Part shown: in pieces, positions 20,112-33,342 of the stretch | Layout: the number at the start of each line of letters is the position of its first letter | How positions within the stretch are numbered: position 1 is the stretch's first letter | NCBI GenBank assembly: GCA_002189035.1 | Contig: NEEC01000004.1 | Coordinates: 5,022,001 to 5,086,000, forward strand | DNA from: Utricularia gibba | Taxonomy: Eukaryota > Plantae > Magnoliophyta | Reading direction: 5' to 3' | Length of the DNA stretch: 64,000 nucleotides | Program-made: the position numbers and the translations under genes | Notes under the pieces: model-generated | Told to the model about the DNA's origin: nothing | What the model saw: only the letters and a program-made list of their open reading frames with translations | Databases searched by the model: none

Positions 20112-22384
20112 ATGGCGGTTGTTGAGGAAGGAGGAGGAGGAGGATCAGAAGCGGCCACGCCGTTCACACGGGTGCTCCAAACGCCTTGCTTCAATCTCAC
20201 CGTCATCGCCGTCATGGGCTTCGCTTCTCCGGTGGACATCGCCGTCCTCAAGCACGACGTTTCGGAGAAACTCGCCCAGCATCCCCGTTTCTCAAGCCTC
20301 CTTGTACGTCCCACTTCTGTAACTCAGACACTTAATATTCCTATTGAACATGAGACCCAGAACTGACGGATTTGCATGGCGTCCGGAACGAAGGTTATGG
20401 AGGACGAGAAGCGGTACAAAATGTCATGGAAGCCGACCAAGGTCAACATCGATGATCATATAATTGTGCATGATCTGGACCCAGAGATAGACCCCAAAAA
20501 CGCAGACATTTTCCTCGAGGAATTCACAAAATCGTTATCGCAAAAGCCCTTGGACCCATCAAAGCCCCTATGGGAAATCCATCTCCTCAACACCAAAACT
20601 ACCCACTCAGCCGCCACCGTCGTGTTCAAAATTCACCATTCCTTGGGAGACGGCGTTTCCCTCATCTCCATCGTTCTCGCCGTCGGCTGCAAGAGCTCCG
20701 ACCCGGAAGCCCTGCCGGTTCTTCCGAAGAGCACAAAGCGGCGAAGTGATCGGAGCGGAAAAGGAGGGTTCATCAGCGCCTTCGCTTCTCTCATTTGGAC
20801 AATCGTCCTGATGATGTACTACACCTTCGTCGACTCCTGGGCAATGGTCGGGACGGTGCTATTCTTGAAAGACTCCGATAACCCCTCAAGGGAGGTGACG
20901 GAATAGAAAACTCCCCAAAAGATACGTATTCAGAATACTCAACATGGAGGACGTCAGGCTTATCAAGACCTCAATGGACACAGTACGCTCCTTTCCTTCT
21001 CACCGTATCTTCTTCTTGGAAACCCTACTTCTTTTTTTGAAATTTTTTTAAATTATTCAATAGTTATCCAATCGTATATATTTGAATTATAAAAAAATTC
21101 CATTAGTAATTTTATAAATTAAACTTATTTGAAATATTTTTCATTTTTTTATTTCAAAAGGTTCACATTTAGATATATTAAATGATATTTTTTTTAATAT
21201 CTAATCTCGTAGACGGTAACTGAGGTGTTATTCGGAGTCACAGAAGCGGCTCTCACACGTTATCTTCAGAGGAGATACGGTAATTTTAATTTGATAGAAT
21301 TTTGTGAATTTTATAGTCAAATTCTACTTATATTTTTATTTTCAAAAGTAATTTAATAGTCTCAACATAACTTATTTTTATTTCCAGATAAAATAATATA
21401 TTTTTTATTTTTGTGAATTTTTTTTAGAATTAACGCTTTAATTTAAATATATGAAAGAGTAAATTTTAAATTACATATTTATAAATATTGTTTCTCAATT
21501 TATTTTCATTTATTTTCGGTGCAGAGAAAACCATGGCGAATGAGGAGAAAGAGACGGTGAAGAAGATGCTCCGGCGACTTCGTGTACGGGGGACGGTGGC
21601 TTTTAATATGAGACCTTCGGCAACGATTCAAGTGAGTTGTTTATTGATTTTTTTTTGTTGCTTTCCGGAATGCCTACTAAAATTTTCATGTGGAAACAGG
21701 ATGCTTATGACGTGATGCAGAAGAGGAAGAAGCTGGATTTGAAGACGTGGGGAAACATGGTGAGCTTTGTAGTGATTCCTCTGAAGCTCATTGTGCATGA
21801 AGATCCCTTGCGTTACGTGCGTGGTGCGCAAGCTCTGTTGAACCGCAAGAAGCTCTCCCTCCAGCCTTTAATCGACTACTACATCCTGAGGCTGGTGATT
21901 CACATCTTCGGGTTGCAGGTCTGCTCTCTGATCTTCCCTTTCTGTATCGGTTTTGTTTCTAAACTCTACCTGGGCAGCACGGAGCTGGGGTGATACACAA
22001 GCTTAACAGTAAAGTATCGTTCAGCATGACCAGTTTGATGGGTCCACGGGAGGAGATGAACCTTTTTGGGTCCCCGGTCTCTTACCTGGCTCCCACCGTA
22101 TCAGGAGTTCCTTCGGTAAAAGTTAAAACCTTTTCCCAATGTCTGTAGTCTGTCTGATGCACTGATGCACACAGCTTTGTAACATGACGTTGTTGCAGTC
22201 TGCTCTGATCCATTTCCAAAGCTTTGGCAACAAGCTCATAGTATCCCTGGCTCTGGATGAGAAACTGATCCCGGATCCTTACCAGCTCTGCGATGACTTC
22301 CAGCACTCCCTCCAGCTGATCACAGACGCCGTGATGAAGAAGAACATGGAAGCCGAATCAGGATCAAATTCACTCAGTGACTGA
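20112..22384 (+). CDS. WSD1: WSD1-like wax ester synthase/DGAT, copy B; two apparent single-C frameshifts at ~20882 and ~20913
   Basis: QHPRFSSLL, KIHHSLGDGVSL, WGNMVSFVVIP, HFQSFGNKLIVSLALDEKLIPDP. Restoring two C's gives DNPLKGGDGIENSPKRYVFRILNMEDVRLIK, colinear with copies A and C. Confidence 0.88.
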
Positions 22385-23628
22385 AGCATGTATCAGATGT
22401 AGATGGAAACACATTAATGTCCATGTGCACAATTTCAAATCTTGACAACATGTTTGCAATAAAGAAAAAGGATATGGTAAAAGTGCAACGGGAGCACATG
22501 GATGAGATACGGCTTATTTTATTCAACTCATGAAAACCGGGTGCAACGAGCAATCGCTTGTTTTCGCCATCACGTGAAGGCCAACCATGCGCATTAATTG
22601 GTATGATGGAGCAAGGTGCTGCAAGTGCAGGTTTTGACGCAGGTGGTTCAGCAACCAGAACGATGGCTTTACTTCCACCACCAGCGCCGAAACCTTCCTT
22701 TATTAGATGCTCCCATGTGTGCCCACACTGTTTTCTGGGTATCGGTCTCTTCCTGTGTTCATGAAGAAGACTGCAAGAATCAACATATTTCCGAACATGA
22801 AGTGTATGTTCCACACACATTCTTCCAATAAGTTTTTCTAAAAATTGGATGTTCTTTAGCAGAATTATATTGAAATCCGAGATCCGATGCGTTGAACGAA
22901 CGCACACATGAAGTTTAAGTTTAAGTACATAATAAATTACATATCACATTAGAAAATATTAAAACCAACTGATTATTTGTGAATCTGTAATTTCTTATAT
23001 ATTTAATTATTACATTGTCATTTTTAAATGTGGGGTTATGGATTCTAATAAATTATTCGCAAAAGTGCAATTTATTAACCATCAATGCAATGCATAGAAG
23101 TATGCGGAATAAAGGGTTTTGGATGGTCTAAGTTGGCATGCATGAATAATTAATGATTGCATGTTTTAAAAAATTGTATCAGTAATTTCAAAAAATATTT
23201 TATTGATAAAAAATGAATTATATGCAAGAAATATTAACTTTTTAATTCCTCAAAAACTCTAGAAAAATTAAAAATTGATGAAGAAATGAATTAAAATAAA
23301 TAAGAAAAATAAAGTTATTGTAATCAAAATGAAAAATTAGAATGACCGAAATTATTTATTTTGCATTTATGTGATATATTTTAAAATGAAGAGTAACTAC
23401 GTTCAATTATTAAATTCATATTTTGAATGAAAAATAACAATTATTTTATTTTTGGAACATGGTTTTGCGTTTTGAATATGAAAGATGGGATGGTAATATA
23501 ATATGTTACATTGACTGGTAATTGGGGGGGGGCGGGGGCGGGGTAGTGACAGTCTGACACCGGACAGTGTTGCTCCCTTTTTTATTGCGGGGGCTCGGTA
23601 TGGGGTGCCCTACATCTCTTCCGGGCAT

Positions 23629-23642
23629 GGGGTCTATAAGAA
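23629..23642 (+). promoter_or_regulatory. TATA-box variant GGGGTCTATAAGAA upstream of WSD copy C
   Basis: About 50 bp before the ATG at 23689. Confidence 0.7.
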
Positions 23643-23688
23643 TTAAGGCAAGAAATCTTGCATTCCTCAAGCACACAGAGGCGTAACC

Positions 23689-25694
23689 ATGGCGGTTGTG
23701 GGAGAACAGGGGGGATCAGAAGCAGTTAGTCCTTTCACACGGATGATGCAAACGCCCTACTTCAATCTCACTGTCATCGCCGCCATGGGGTTCAGTTCTC
23801 CGGTGGAGTTCGCCACCGTCAAGCAGCAGGTCGCCGAGAAGCTCATCAAGCACCCTCGTTTCAGAAGCCTCATTGTACGACATTTTCAGATTATTCAGCG
23901 TTTTCTTGATATCGAACTCAAGCATTATGCTCATTCTTTTGCATGTCTGTCGTGCAAGGTTACCGACGACGAGAAGAAGCGGACAATGACGTGGACGCCG
24001 ACGGAGGTCAATGTGGACGATCATGTCTTCGAGCACGTTTTGGACACGGAACTGGAACCCAGACAAGGAGACATTTTCCTGGAGGAGTTCACTAAAACAC
24101 TAGCTGAAAAGCCCTTCGACCCCTCAAGACCCCTCTGGGAAATCCATCTCCTTAACCTGAAAACCTCTAACTCAAACTCCACCGTCATATTCAAAATCCA
24201 TCACTCCCTGGGCGACGGCATTTCCCTCATCTCCATCGTTTTAGCTTGCGGCCGTAAGTGCTCCGACCCGGAAGCCCTGCCGGAGCTTCCCTCGACCACT
24301 AAACGAAGAAGCAATCATTGTAAAAAAGGGTTCTTGGCGGCGTTCTTTACATTCATTTGGACACTGATTCTGAGCATGTTCTACACCATCATTGACGCGT
24401 GGGCAATGCTGGGAACACTCTTGTTCTTCAAAGATTCTGATAATCCGATCAAGGGAGGCGACGGAATGCAGAACTCTCCCAAGCGATACGTTCACAGAAT
24501 ACTCAGCATGGATGACGTTAGGCTTATCAAGGATTCAATGGACACAGTGAGTCCTGGTTTTAATACAACTATCCTCTGTCTGAAAAGTACTAATTTCAAA
24601 CCTCAATATTTTACATTATCATTATTCAATATCCACTTTGGGAATATTTTGTTTAGACCGTCAATGATGTGCTCTTTGGAGTCACTGATGCAGCAATTAC
24701 ACGGTACATCCAGAGGAGATACGGTAATTCCCAACTTTTTACTGCTTATTAATGACTGAGGTGCGTTGAATAGAAGAATGTAAGAAAATCTCTCAACTTA
24801 TCATGAAATGGTTGGTATTCGTCTTCATGGCAGAGAAGGATGCGGAAAATGAGGACCCAGAGACTGTGAAGAAGATGCTCCACAGGCTTCGTGTACGGGC
24901 GGCTGTTGCTTTTAACATGAGACCCTCAGCAACCATTCATGTCGGTAGTGATGTATCCTGCAATAAAAACGGGTTTCGATATTCATCTCGTTGTGATTTG
25001 TGTGGTGCAGGACATGTACGAGGTGATACACGAAAACAAGAAACTGGATGTGAAGACATGGGGGAACATGGTCACCTTTGTTCTGGTTCCTTTCAAGCTC
25101 AGGGTCCATGAAGATCCCCTACGTTATGTACATGATGCCAGGTCTGTGTTGAACAGGAAGAAGCTCTCGGTCCAATCCATCATTGGCTACTACATACTAA
25201 GGATCATGATCTATCTCTTTGGATTGATGGTATGTATCAGCAGTAAAAAAAAAAAAAAAAAAAAAATACTGGTTAGTGGATACACTTCTGAAGTTTACAA
25301 CTTTTGGGTCAAATTGGCAGTATGGAGGAAAAGTAATACGTAAAATTCACAGACAAGTATCGTTCACCCTGTCAAGTGTGATGGGTCCCCGAGAAGAGAT
25401 TTGTCTTTTCAATACTCCTGTCACGTACTTGGCTCCTACAGTGTCTGGAGTTCCCGTGGTACGCACTTATCTTTACTCTGTCTAGATAATTTATTGCGTG
25501 GTGCAACGCCTGATCACAATGCCTTGCTGTTGCAGTCCACTCTGATCCACTTCCAAAGCTATGGCAAGAAGCTCATAGTGTCCATGGCTCTGGATGAGAA
25601 GCTGATCCCGGACCCTCATCAGCTCTGCGATGATTTCCAGTACTCGCTCCAACTAATCAGAGACGCCGTGGTGAAAAAGATTGCTGCCCAATAA
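23689..25694 (+). CDS. WSD1: WSD1-like wax ester synthase/DGAT, copy C
   Basis: KHPRFRSLI, KIHHSLGDGISL, DNPIKGGDG, WGNMVTFVL, LSSVMGPREE, HFQSYGKKLIVSMALDEKLIPDPHQLCDDF...KKIAAQ*. Confidence 0.93.
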
Positions 25695-26773
25695 AAACAT
25701 TGTTCGTGAAAGAAGGAAGCTTCACGGAAATCGAATGTTCAATTCAAGGCTTGAACCTCAGCGTGCAGTTCTGGGCTATTCAACGTCAATGGAATCCATA
25801 ATCAATGCACACGAGAGAGTTGCCTCTTTCTGCTGGTCCTCGTCTTGTGTATCACCCATGTTTATGAAGTAAAAAAACAGCTTGTAACATTGACTGAATA
25901 TAAAATGTGAGTGATACTTAATCAATGATGAACTCTAATACACCACATTGCGTATGAACTTTGCAAAGCGAGCACTTGACACGATGCTGAGTGTTTCCCT
26001 TCTGCTGAAGCTGATCGAGTGAAGCTGTTTACGAACCATTTCAAAGATTTCAGCTGATCTGATGTTGCAGAACAGGGGCTGTTCTGGAAGTTCTGCTGCT
26101 ATTTCAGAAGCTGCCGTTGGAAAATCAGAAGTTCATGCTGTAATAAACTCTCCACAACCGCAAAAACAGAGCAATTCCTTCAAGACTAGTTCACTCTCCT
26201 GGTTTTGTGGAGTTCAGTCATTCAGTTGAGAATTCACACTAGTTGCCTAGTTCACTTATTAATACGTTGTTGCTTTGAGTGAAATAAAAAAACTTGTTCA
26301 GATCAAGTGCTTCTCCTCAAAATGTCCTCTGTTCCTTTCCGGATTCATTTGTTTCACACAAAAGTCATAAAAGTAAAGAAACGCAATAACTGCAGCTCAC
26401 CAAACTTCATGTGCAGTGTCTTGGTCCTCATCATCACACGAGGACCGACTATTTGGAAAAATGGCCCTTGGCGCAGTGTCCTGTGTACATCTTGGTATTT
26501 AAGAGACTCCCATCCCATTTCTCCATCTCACTTTCCTTTCCTTAAACCAATGGGGCTTACCGACAAGTGGATCAATCGGGCAGCACCACTCTTTAGTGTA
26601 AGTGAGAAACGATGGGAGCATGTTGTCTGTGATTAATATCATCAACGAGGAGTACTCTTACAACACACTTAAAACATTGATCTTCTGTGACAGGAGTATC
26701 TAACAGCATGACACTTACAAGTTTTCTTTTCTTTTTATGTAAGAAGAAAACTTAGTAGAAGAAGCAAGACAGT

Positions 26774-29058
26774 TCATGCCTCATCCTTGCCGCCAAGGCT
26801 TTGCATGACAATTTGCTTGACGTTTTCCACATATTTCTGCATGTAGTCACACAGTTCATGGGGATCCCTAACCAGTTGCTCATTGGCAGCCATTGAAATG
26901 ATCATCTTCTTGTCATAGCTATGGTAATGCATGATTAAACCCTGAAAGGATTCAACAGGATTAACAGAGATTCAAAATTTCTGTTCGAAATGAAAATTTT
27001 GTGACTCACCAAGGGAAAACCACGAGCTGAGGGGGAGATATAGCTGACTGGGTGACCAAATAGAATGATCTCCTCCAATGGGCCGACGACATTCGAAACG
27101 CCTACGGTCACAGAGCTGAATAACCCACGAGTGACTCTTGCAGCAGCCTGTTTGTTCATCAGCACAGAGTTGCAGTAAAACATCCAAAAACTACGACAAC
27201 AGCCCAGGAAAGGTAGTAATCACCTGAACTCCAAACAGTACCATCACCAGCCTCATTATGAAGTTTTGAACTCTGGGACTGTGTGATATCTTCTTCTTGT
27301 CCATGGTAGCTTTGACGTCACGTATATAATCCAATGGATCATCGAATTTCTTCAATGGAATCGTCAAGCTACCCACAATATTCCCCCATTTTCCATTCTC
27401 TAGTTCTTTTCCCTTCTCCATCACATCCGATAATCCCTATCATCACCATTCCAAGATCAGCTCAAGCACATACAGTTCTGCGCTTCCAAAAAATTTACAG
27501 CGTGTTTTTACTGTTTATCAATACATTTCCCCTCAGTTCTCAACTATTCTCATCTCCCAAACAATACCAAGCACTACAAAAGTTACCTCCACAGTCATGG
27601 AGTCTCTAAGATTAACTGCAACAGCGAATCTGATGCGACGATTTTTGAGGAAATCAATTGAACTTTTGCTGGTTTCTCCAGAGCTGTCTGTGATAACAAC
27701 GAGAGAATTTGGTCCCATTCAAGTGAAATAAAAATCCAGTCTTGGGACCACGTGATTAATTTCAAAACATGGAGCGCGGTCCATTTCAATTTAATGTAAG
27801 GACAAGGACACCCTCACGAAGACTACAACTTGAAAGCCACGTCCTAAAAAAATGAAACCCCATTAAAAAAATAAAAAAAAACTAAATATGATGAAATGTT
27901 CCCTAAAGTCAACATTAAGGTTAGGGCATGAAAGGTTGGTTGATGGGTCACCCAAATCTTACCCCATCAATGAAAGAATATTATGATTAAAACTTCTATT
28001 GTTTTTTATTTCAACATTCGATTAAGAATCCCATCGACATCTTATGTTGTGACAAAGTTGTCCAAACGCGACAAAACATATTCGAGAAGCATATTAGAAT
28101 GATGGTTACCATATTGTTTCTTGAGGTATTCGCAGACTGCAAACTGTGTTGCTCCCAACAAAACATCGTTGATTGTCTGATAAGAACATCATGCGTTATC
28201 ACCGCAATCTTGTAATGGGGTAAAAGTAAAAATCAAAAATTTACCGCATTCAAGGCTTTCCGTATCAGCTTCAGATCATTGAGACTGATGATCCGATGGA
28301 TGTACCGGTTACGGGCTTGATCCAGAAGCTTGGGTTGTCTGAGGGGGTTGTTTGTGTCCTTGAGAAAAATAAGGGTTGAGAGATCCTTAACAGATTCGAT
28401 CAGCGTGTAATAGAACACTGACATCCTTGTCCGAAACCACCACTTGAACCTGTCTGTTAGTATTTTAGGTTTGGGAGCTTCTCTCTTTCTGGTTTGGAGC
28501 ACAGGGAGGGACTCGGGTCGGATGCTTTTCTGCCACAAGCCAGAAAAAGTGAAGTCATGGAAACCCCATCTCCCATGGAATGATGAACTTTGAAAACTGC
28601 CACCGAGTTGGCGTCGCTGAGTCTGAGATTGAGTATGTATACTTCCCACAGAGGCTTGGAGAAGTCGAGAGGCTTGATGGAAAGATCCGATGTGAAATCC
28701 TCGACGAATTTGTCGGGGAGTTCCACGTTCGGATCCACGTCGGGAACGAAGACATGATCGTCTATGTTAACGTTAGTTCGCTTCCAGGCGAACTTGTACC
28801 TCTTCTTGTCCTTGACATCCTTGACAATAATACCGGAGTGTCGGGTTAGGGTCCAGACTCCGAGAAGAAAGGGAGATGAGAACTTACTAGAAGGCTCGAG
28901 AAACGCGGGTGTTTGATGAGTGTCTGCTCCATACATTTCTTGAAATAAGAGACGTCGATGGTCGTGGAGAAGCCCATGACCACTAATATGCAGAGATCGA
29001 AGCAAGGGACGTGTAGAATTCTGGAAGGGGGGCTCACGGGCTCTTCTTTTTGCCCCAT
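26774..29058 (-). CDS. WSD1: WSD1-like wax ester synthase/DGAT, copy D (inverted, more divergent)
   Basis: MGQKEEPVSPPSR, KHPRFSSLL, LDFSKPLWEVYILN, KVHHSMGDGVSM, TINDVLLG, WGNIVG, VSNVVGPLEE. Last exon reads GLIMHYHSYDKKMIISMAANEQLVRDPHELCD...GGKDEA*. TATAAAA lies ~70 bp upstream. Confidence 0.92.
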
Positions 29059-30844
29059 CTTGCCCTTTTTTTTTCTATCTGGGAGAACTAGAGTTTTTGC
29101 TACTAGAAACCCCCCCCCCCCCTTTTATACCTGCGAAGAAGAACAAAAAACAATCTGGGAGGAGTGGAAAATGAAGAGAATATACAGCACATACTCGTGC
29201 ATTTTACTGTCATTTTACCTATTTTTAAATGAAGGTGCGTGTGCATTGAACAGACACAAGATTGTTCATTCAAAGGGCTTTTCCTGTTACTTCATTTAGC
29301 TTTCAGATTTCACTCTGTACCGAATAAGCAATACTACAACTAGTACAACGTTTTTATAGGGTTGTGATCAGACAGGGCGTCTGATGTTTCTGGAATAGAA
29401 CAGATGGATCATCTTCTTTTCTGGGTTTTCTTTTTCCATACGCAGCTAGACAGACAGGCTTGTATTTTTTTTCTTTCTGTTTTCTGACAATCTCGTATGC
29501 GACATTCCTTAAAAGGCTTAAGAAGAGGAGACGTGGGGTGCAACAAGAACAGCGTGGAAACACGCAGATTGCAGAAAGAAAAACGAAAACAGAAATTGTT
29601 TCAGAGCCAGAGCCTTAAATGCATCACACCAACTGACAACCAATTCCTCTGAATAGTCATAATGCTTTTTATCCCGTTCCCACCCTCGTCTTCTTAGACT
29701 CACCCCCAGCTTTTTAATTGTGAGAATAATATATCGTCTTCTTTTGAACACCAGACAAACCATATTCATCTAGCAGTCCTCCCTTCCATTTTCATTTCGA
29801 TTCTAATAACACGCAGTTCATGAGCATTGGTTACCGTCGAGTCCTCTCCTCCATCCTCATCTAACTGGCTTTCAGAGGATTAATGACAGCTCAGAATCCA
29901 TTTCCACACGCCGTTCCCACAGCTTGCTTTCGCACCTCTTCTCTCAATCCATGTCAAGAAAGACACCATGCGTAATGAACAAATTAATCACCAGACACCT
30001 GGTGTCTGATTTGTGTACGCGCCATGTGATATTAATTACAAACTACAACATTTCAAGCACAAGAACCGATCCATGGGCGAAAAAGGCAGGCTGCCCAGGT
30101 GTCGTTATTGTCTTCAAAATGAAAACCAGCTGTTACTTCACCAGCACCACCCTTGAGATTCACCAGGATTAGTGATAATTGAATTATTGTACTGTGGGCC
30201 GTCTGGAAATAAAGAGTTTTCATTGCCCAACCACAAAAACAGTAGAAAAAATGGTCCCGATGGGTTAATTATGGCTCCACAGGTAGATCCATCCAGATGC
30301 TAAGCCTTCATTGTCTGCATCTGCTTTCCTTTAAAAACAATTGGTAGAAGCGAATCATGGTGCCGGCGGATTCAGGAAGAGGATGATGACGTTTCCATGA
30401 TTTCTTGTCCCAACCAAAGACCCAAGAACTCCCAAGGTGGCTCCAGGACTAAAGACCTGTTAAGTGTTTGTTTGCTTTGGAAAAATTAATATATTGTAAA
30501 ATATTTAAATAAAATACATTTTATTTTTATAAAAAGATGATTATATTCTTTTAAATAAATCATTAACGAAAACATTCACTATCTTCAAAATGTACATCAA
30601 ATATGGATTTACTCGAACAATCTAAAAGAACATAATGGGATAAAGAATTGTTTGCAAGAATGAAAATGATAAAAAAATCATGAGAACAAAATCTTACTGA
30701 TAAATTATTAAATTATTATAATATTATATATATGTATTTATAATAAACTAAAAAAATCTACTATTTGATTGATTAAAAAAATCACGTAAAATATAAATTT
30801 TATGCCAAGTAAGATATTAATAAACTCCGGGTTATGTGAACAGT

Positions 30845-30885
30845 GATGGGCTTATGGCCCAAGTGTCCATGGAATATGGGCCCAA
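30845..30885 (+). promoter_or_regulatory. Site II (TGGGCY) cluster upstream of the URI-like gene
   Basis: TGGGCT, GGCCCA and TGGGCCCA within 40 bp. Confidence 0.55.
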
Positions 30886-31473
30886 AACTAGACCCCAACG
30901 AGCGTGAATTCGTGATTCATCTCCCAACTGGTCGAATGGGGGTTATTATTCAAATCTCTTCTTCTTCCGCTACGAATCTTCGACTCGCCGTTGCGAAAGG
31001 TGGAAGCCTACGTCCCTTTGCGATGTTTTCTCTCGTACTGTTCGAAAAGTTGGTTCTATTATGTTTTCTGATTTTCCTACTATCAAATTTGATTTTTTTT
31101 TCCTTTTGGAGTTCGGGGATTTTATGCTGCTACCGAACATCCACATTTTCCATGGCCGCGACTTGGTTATGGATTTTTTATTGTTCTGTTGGGGTTTTGG
31201 AAGTATTTTTGAACTCTTATGGAGATTAGGTGGTGATTGTGTTCACTTTGTTTCATCATGAATCATCATTTATTTCAAGTTCCGAATCACTGCCCTGCGT
31301 AATCTTGGAATAATGGTAGTTGCATGGTACCTTGATTGGGTTATGTTCCTGGAGTTCCACGCGTATATATCTTTATTTCCCACCTGAAGTTTAGCCTTCA
31401 GCTGTTTTCTGTTTGCGCGTTTCCTCACTCCGGAGTATATATTTTACAGTATTGTATAGGAAATTAAAAAAGG

Positions 31474-33003
31474 ATGGATAGGAGAGGCACGGTTACGCCG
31501 CTGGCCTCAATGATTCCTGCTGAAGAAGCTCTGAAAGCCTCAAAACGCGTGCAGGAAACAATCGATGAGCGCCAAAGGCAGCTTGAGCAGCTTAAGGGAT
31601 TCATTGATGACAACATTAGCTTGATAAACCTAGTTGGAAAACTCCCTGATGAAACGCATCACCATATCATGGTCTTCATTCATCCGTTCCCATGTTTACA
31701 TTATGTCAAGTTGTATATTATGTTTCCCGTTTGGTGTTATAGGTACCTTTTGGAAAAGCTGCGTTTTTTCCAGGTCGCGTCGTCCACACCAATGAATTCA
31801 TGGTATAGAACTCATGCCATTGAAAAGGCGCAGATCAATATGTATTCAAAACTCATTTGTGTCGTTCATGGTTTGTTTTAGCGTAATTGTTTGTGAATAT
31901 AGGTACTTTTAGGAGAAGGCTACTATGCTGAAAGATCAGCTAAGCAAACCATTGAGATTCTACAAAGACGGGAGAAGTCTCTGGAAACCCAAGTTCAGTC
32001 TGTGGAAGCTATTATGCGTGATTTAAAGGCAGAGGCTTCTTTCTTTGATGCTACAGCTATTGAATCATCGGTAACCCTGATGATCCCTTGTGCTAAATAG
32101 ATTTTATTCTCTGTATTTTGTGTTTTCCTTGTACTCGTTGATTTTTACTTCCCAATCCACGTTCTTTTTCAGGAAGGTCTGGTGGAAATTCGTGAAGATT
32201 ATCTTGAGGAGGGGTCTCAGCAAGTAGCCGGCGCTGCTGGAGGTTTGTCAGGACTTTGTGTTGCTGCTTTTGATATCCTAGTTTTGGACATTGATGCTGT
32301 ATGGCTACTTAAATCTGTTTCTCCTCCTCCCCCAGAAATAAATGATATAAATACATCTAATGAAGATGAAGAATATCAAAGGATATTCTTACGAATGGCT
32401 GAACTCGAAAAAGAAGAGGAAGCAGCCAATGATGTTGGAACTAGTGAGCCCATGAAGGGTAACCTTGAAAGCAGTAGCAGTGAATTTTCTATCAACGAAG
32501 ACCTTACAAGTTCCCTGGTATTTTTCTCTAATGATCCAAGCTTCCCTGTACTAACTTGTCATCCTAAGACCCGTTTCCTGACTACTACTCTGTTTTTCAG
32601 ATCGAAAACACAGCAAAGTCCAAAGGTACATGTCCTCGTTGACAATTCTCATTCCCTTCCGCAGCCATCTCTTTTTCGATCACATCATCATAAAGGAGCC
32701 GACTTGTGAACCATGCAGCTGTAGATTTTCATCCCACGGATAAAGCGATGCAGCCACCTGCAGAAAAGAAGCAACTTCCTCGTACCACGGTCTGGCTTTG
32801 TTGTTCCTTGCTTTCGATCTACTGTTCATCGTCACGCCCTTTTCACTCTTTCATTAATCTTTCTTACTTTTGGTCTGAAGCAGGCCGCCTTTACTGGTTC
32901 CATTGTCGAACATGACCATAACTTCAGCCACCCTCCAGAGGTGCAACCACGTCCAAGGAGCTCCACCAAGCCTGTTTCCAGATTTAAGATGCAGAGAAAA
33001 TAG
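31474..33003 (+). CDS. Unconventional prefoldin RPB5 interactor (URI/RMP)-like protein
   Basis: Spliced prefoldin-alpha core: LINLVGKLPDETHHHIM|VPFGKAAFFPGRVVHTNEFM|VLLGEGYYAERSAKQTIEIL, then GLVEIREDY. C-terminus FTGSIVEH...KPVSRFKMQRK*. Confidence 0.85.
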
Positions 33004-33154
33004 TCCACCCATCCATCCATCATCTCTTCATGTCACCGTATTCTCTACCGGAGAAGTAACATCCCCACCGGTTTCAGGTGGACGGAAAACCGCTGAACTG
33101 AGCAGATGAATTGAAACGAAGAAAAACAGGTTGTTGGCAAGATGGCCGCTTGAG

Positions 33155-33342
33155 TTGGGCATGGGCTTTCCAACCTATTTGGGCCGGTAAAGAGCCTGTC
33201 GGAACCTAACAGCTCTAGCTTTCCAAATTTGTAAGAATATTCATTTGTTTCTTAATCGGAACATGGGCTGGGGTCCGCATTTTTAGTTACTACTCAAATG
33301 GAGAAAGGTTTGTGGGCCCGGTGTAAGTGGGCCTATGGCCCA
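33155..33342 (+). promoter_or_regulatory. Site II (TGGGCY) cluster upstream of ING2
   Basis: At least six TGGGCY/RGCCCA motifs in ~190 bp. Confidence 0.55.

Noticed and set aside
22374-22907. 177-aa minus-strand ORF downstream of WSD-B
   Set aside because: No recognisable domain, start context or splice structure; possibly unidentified debris.
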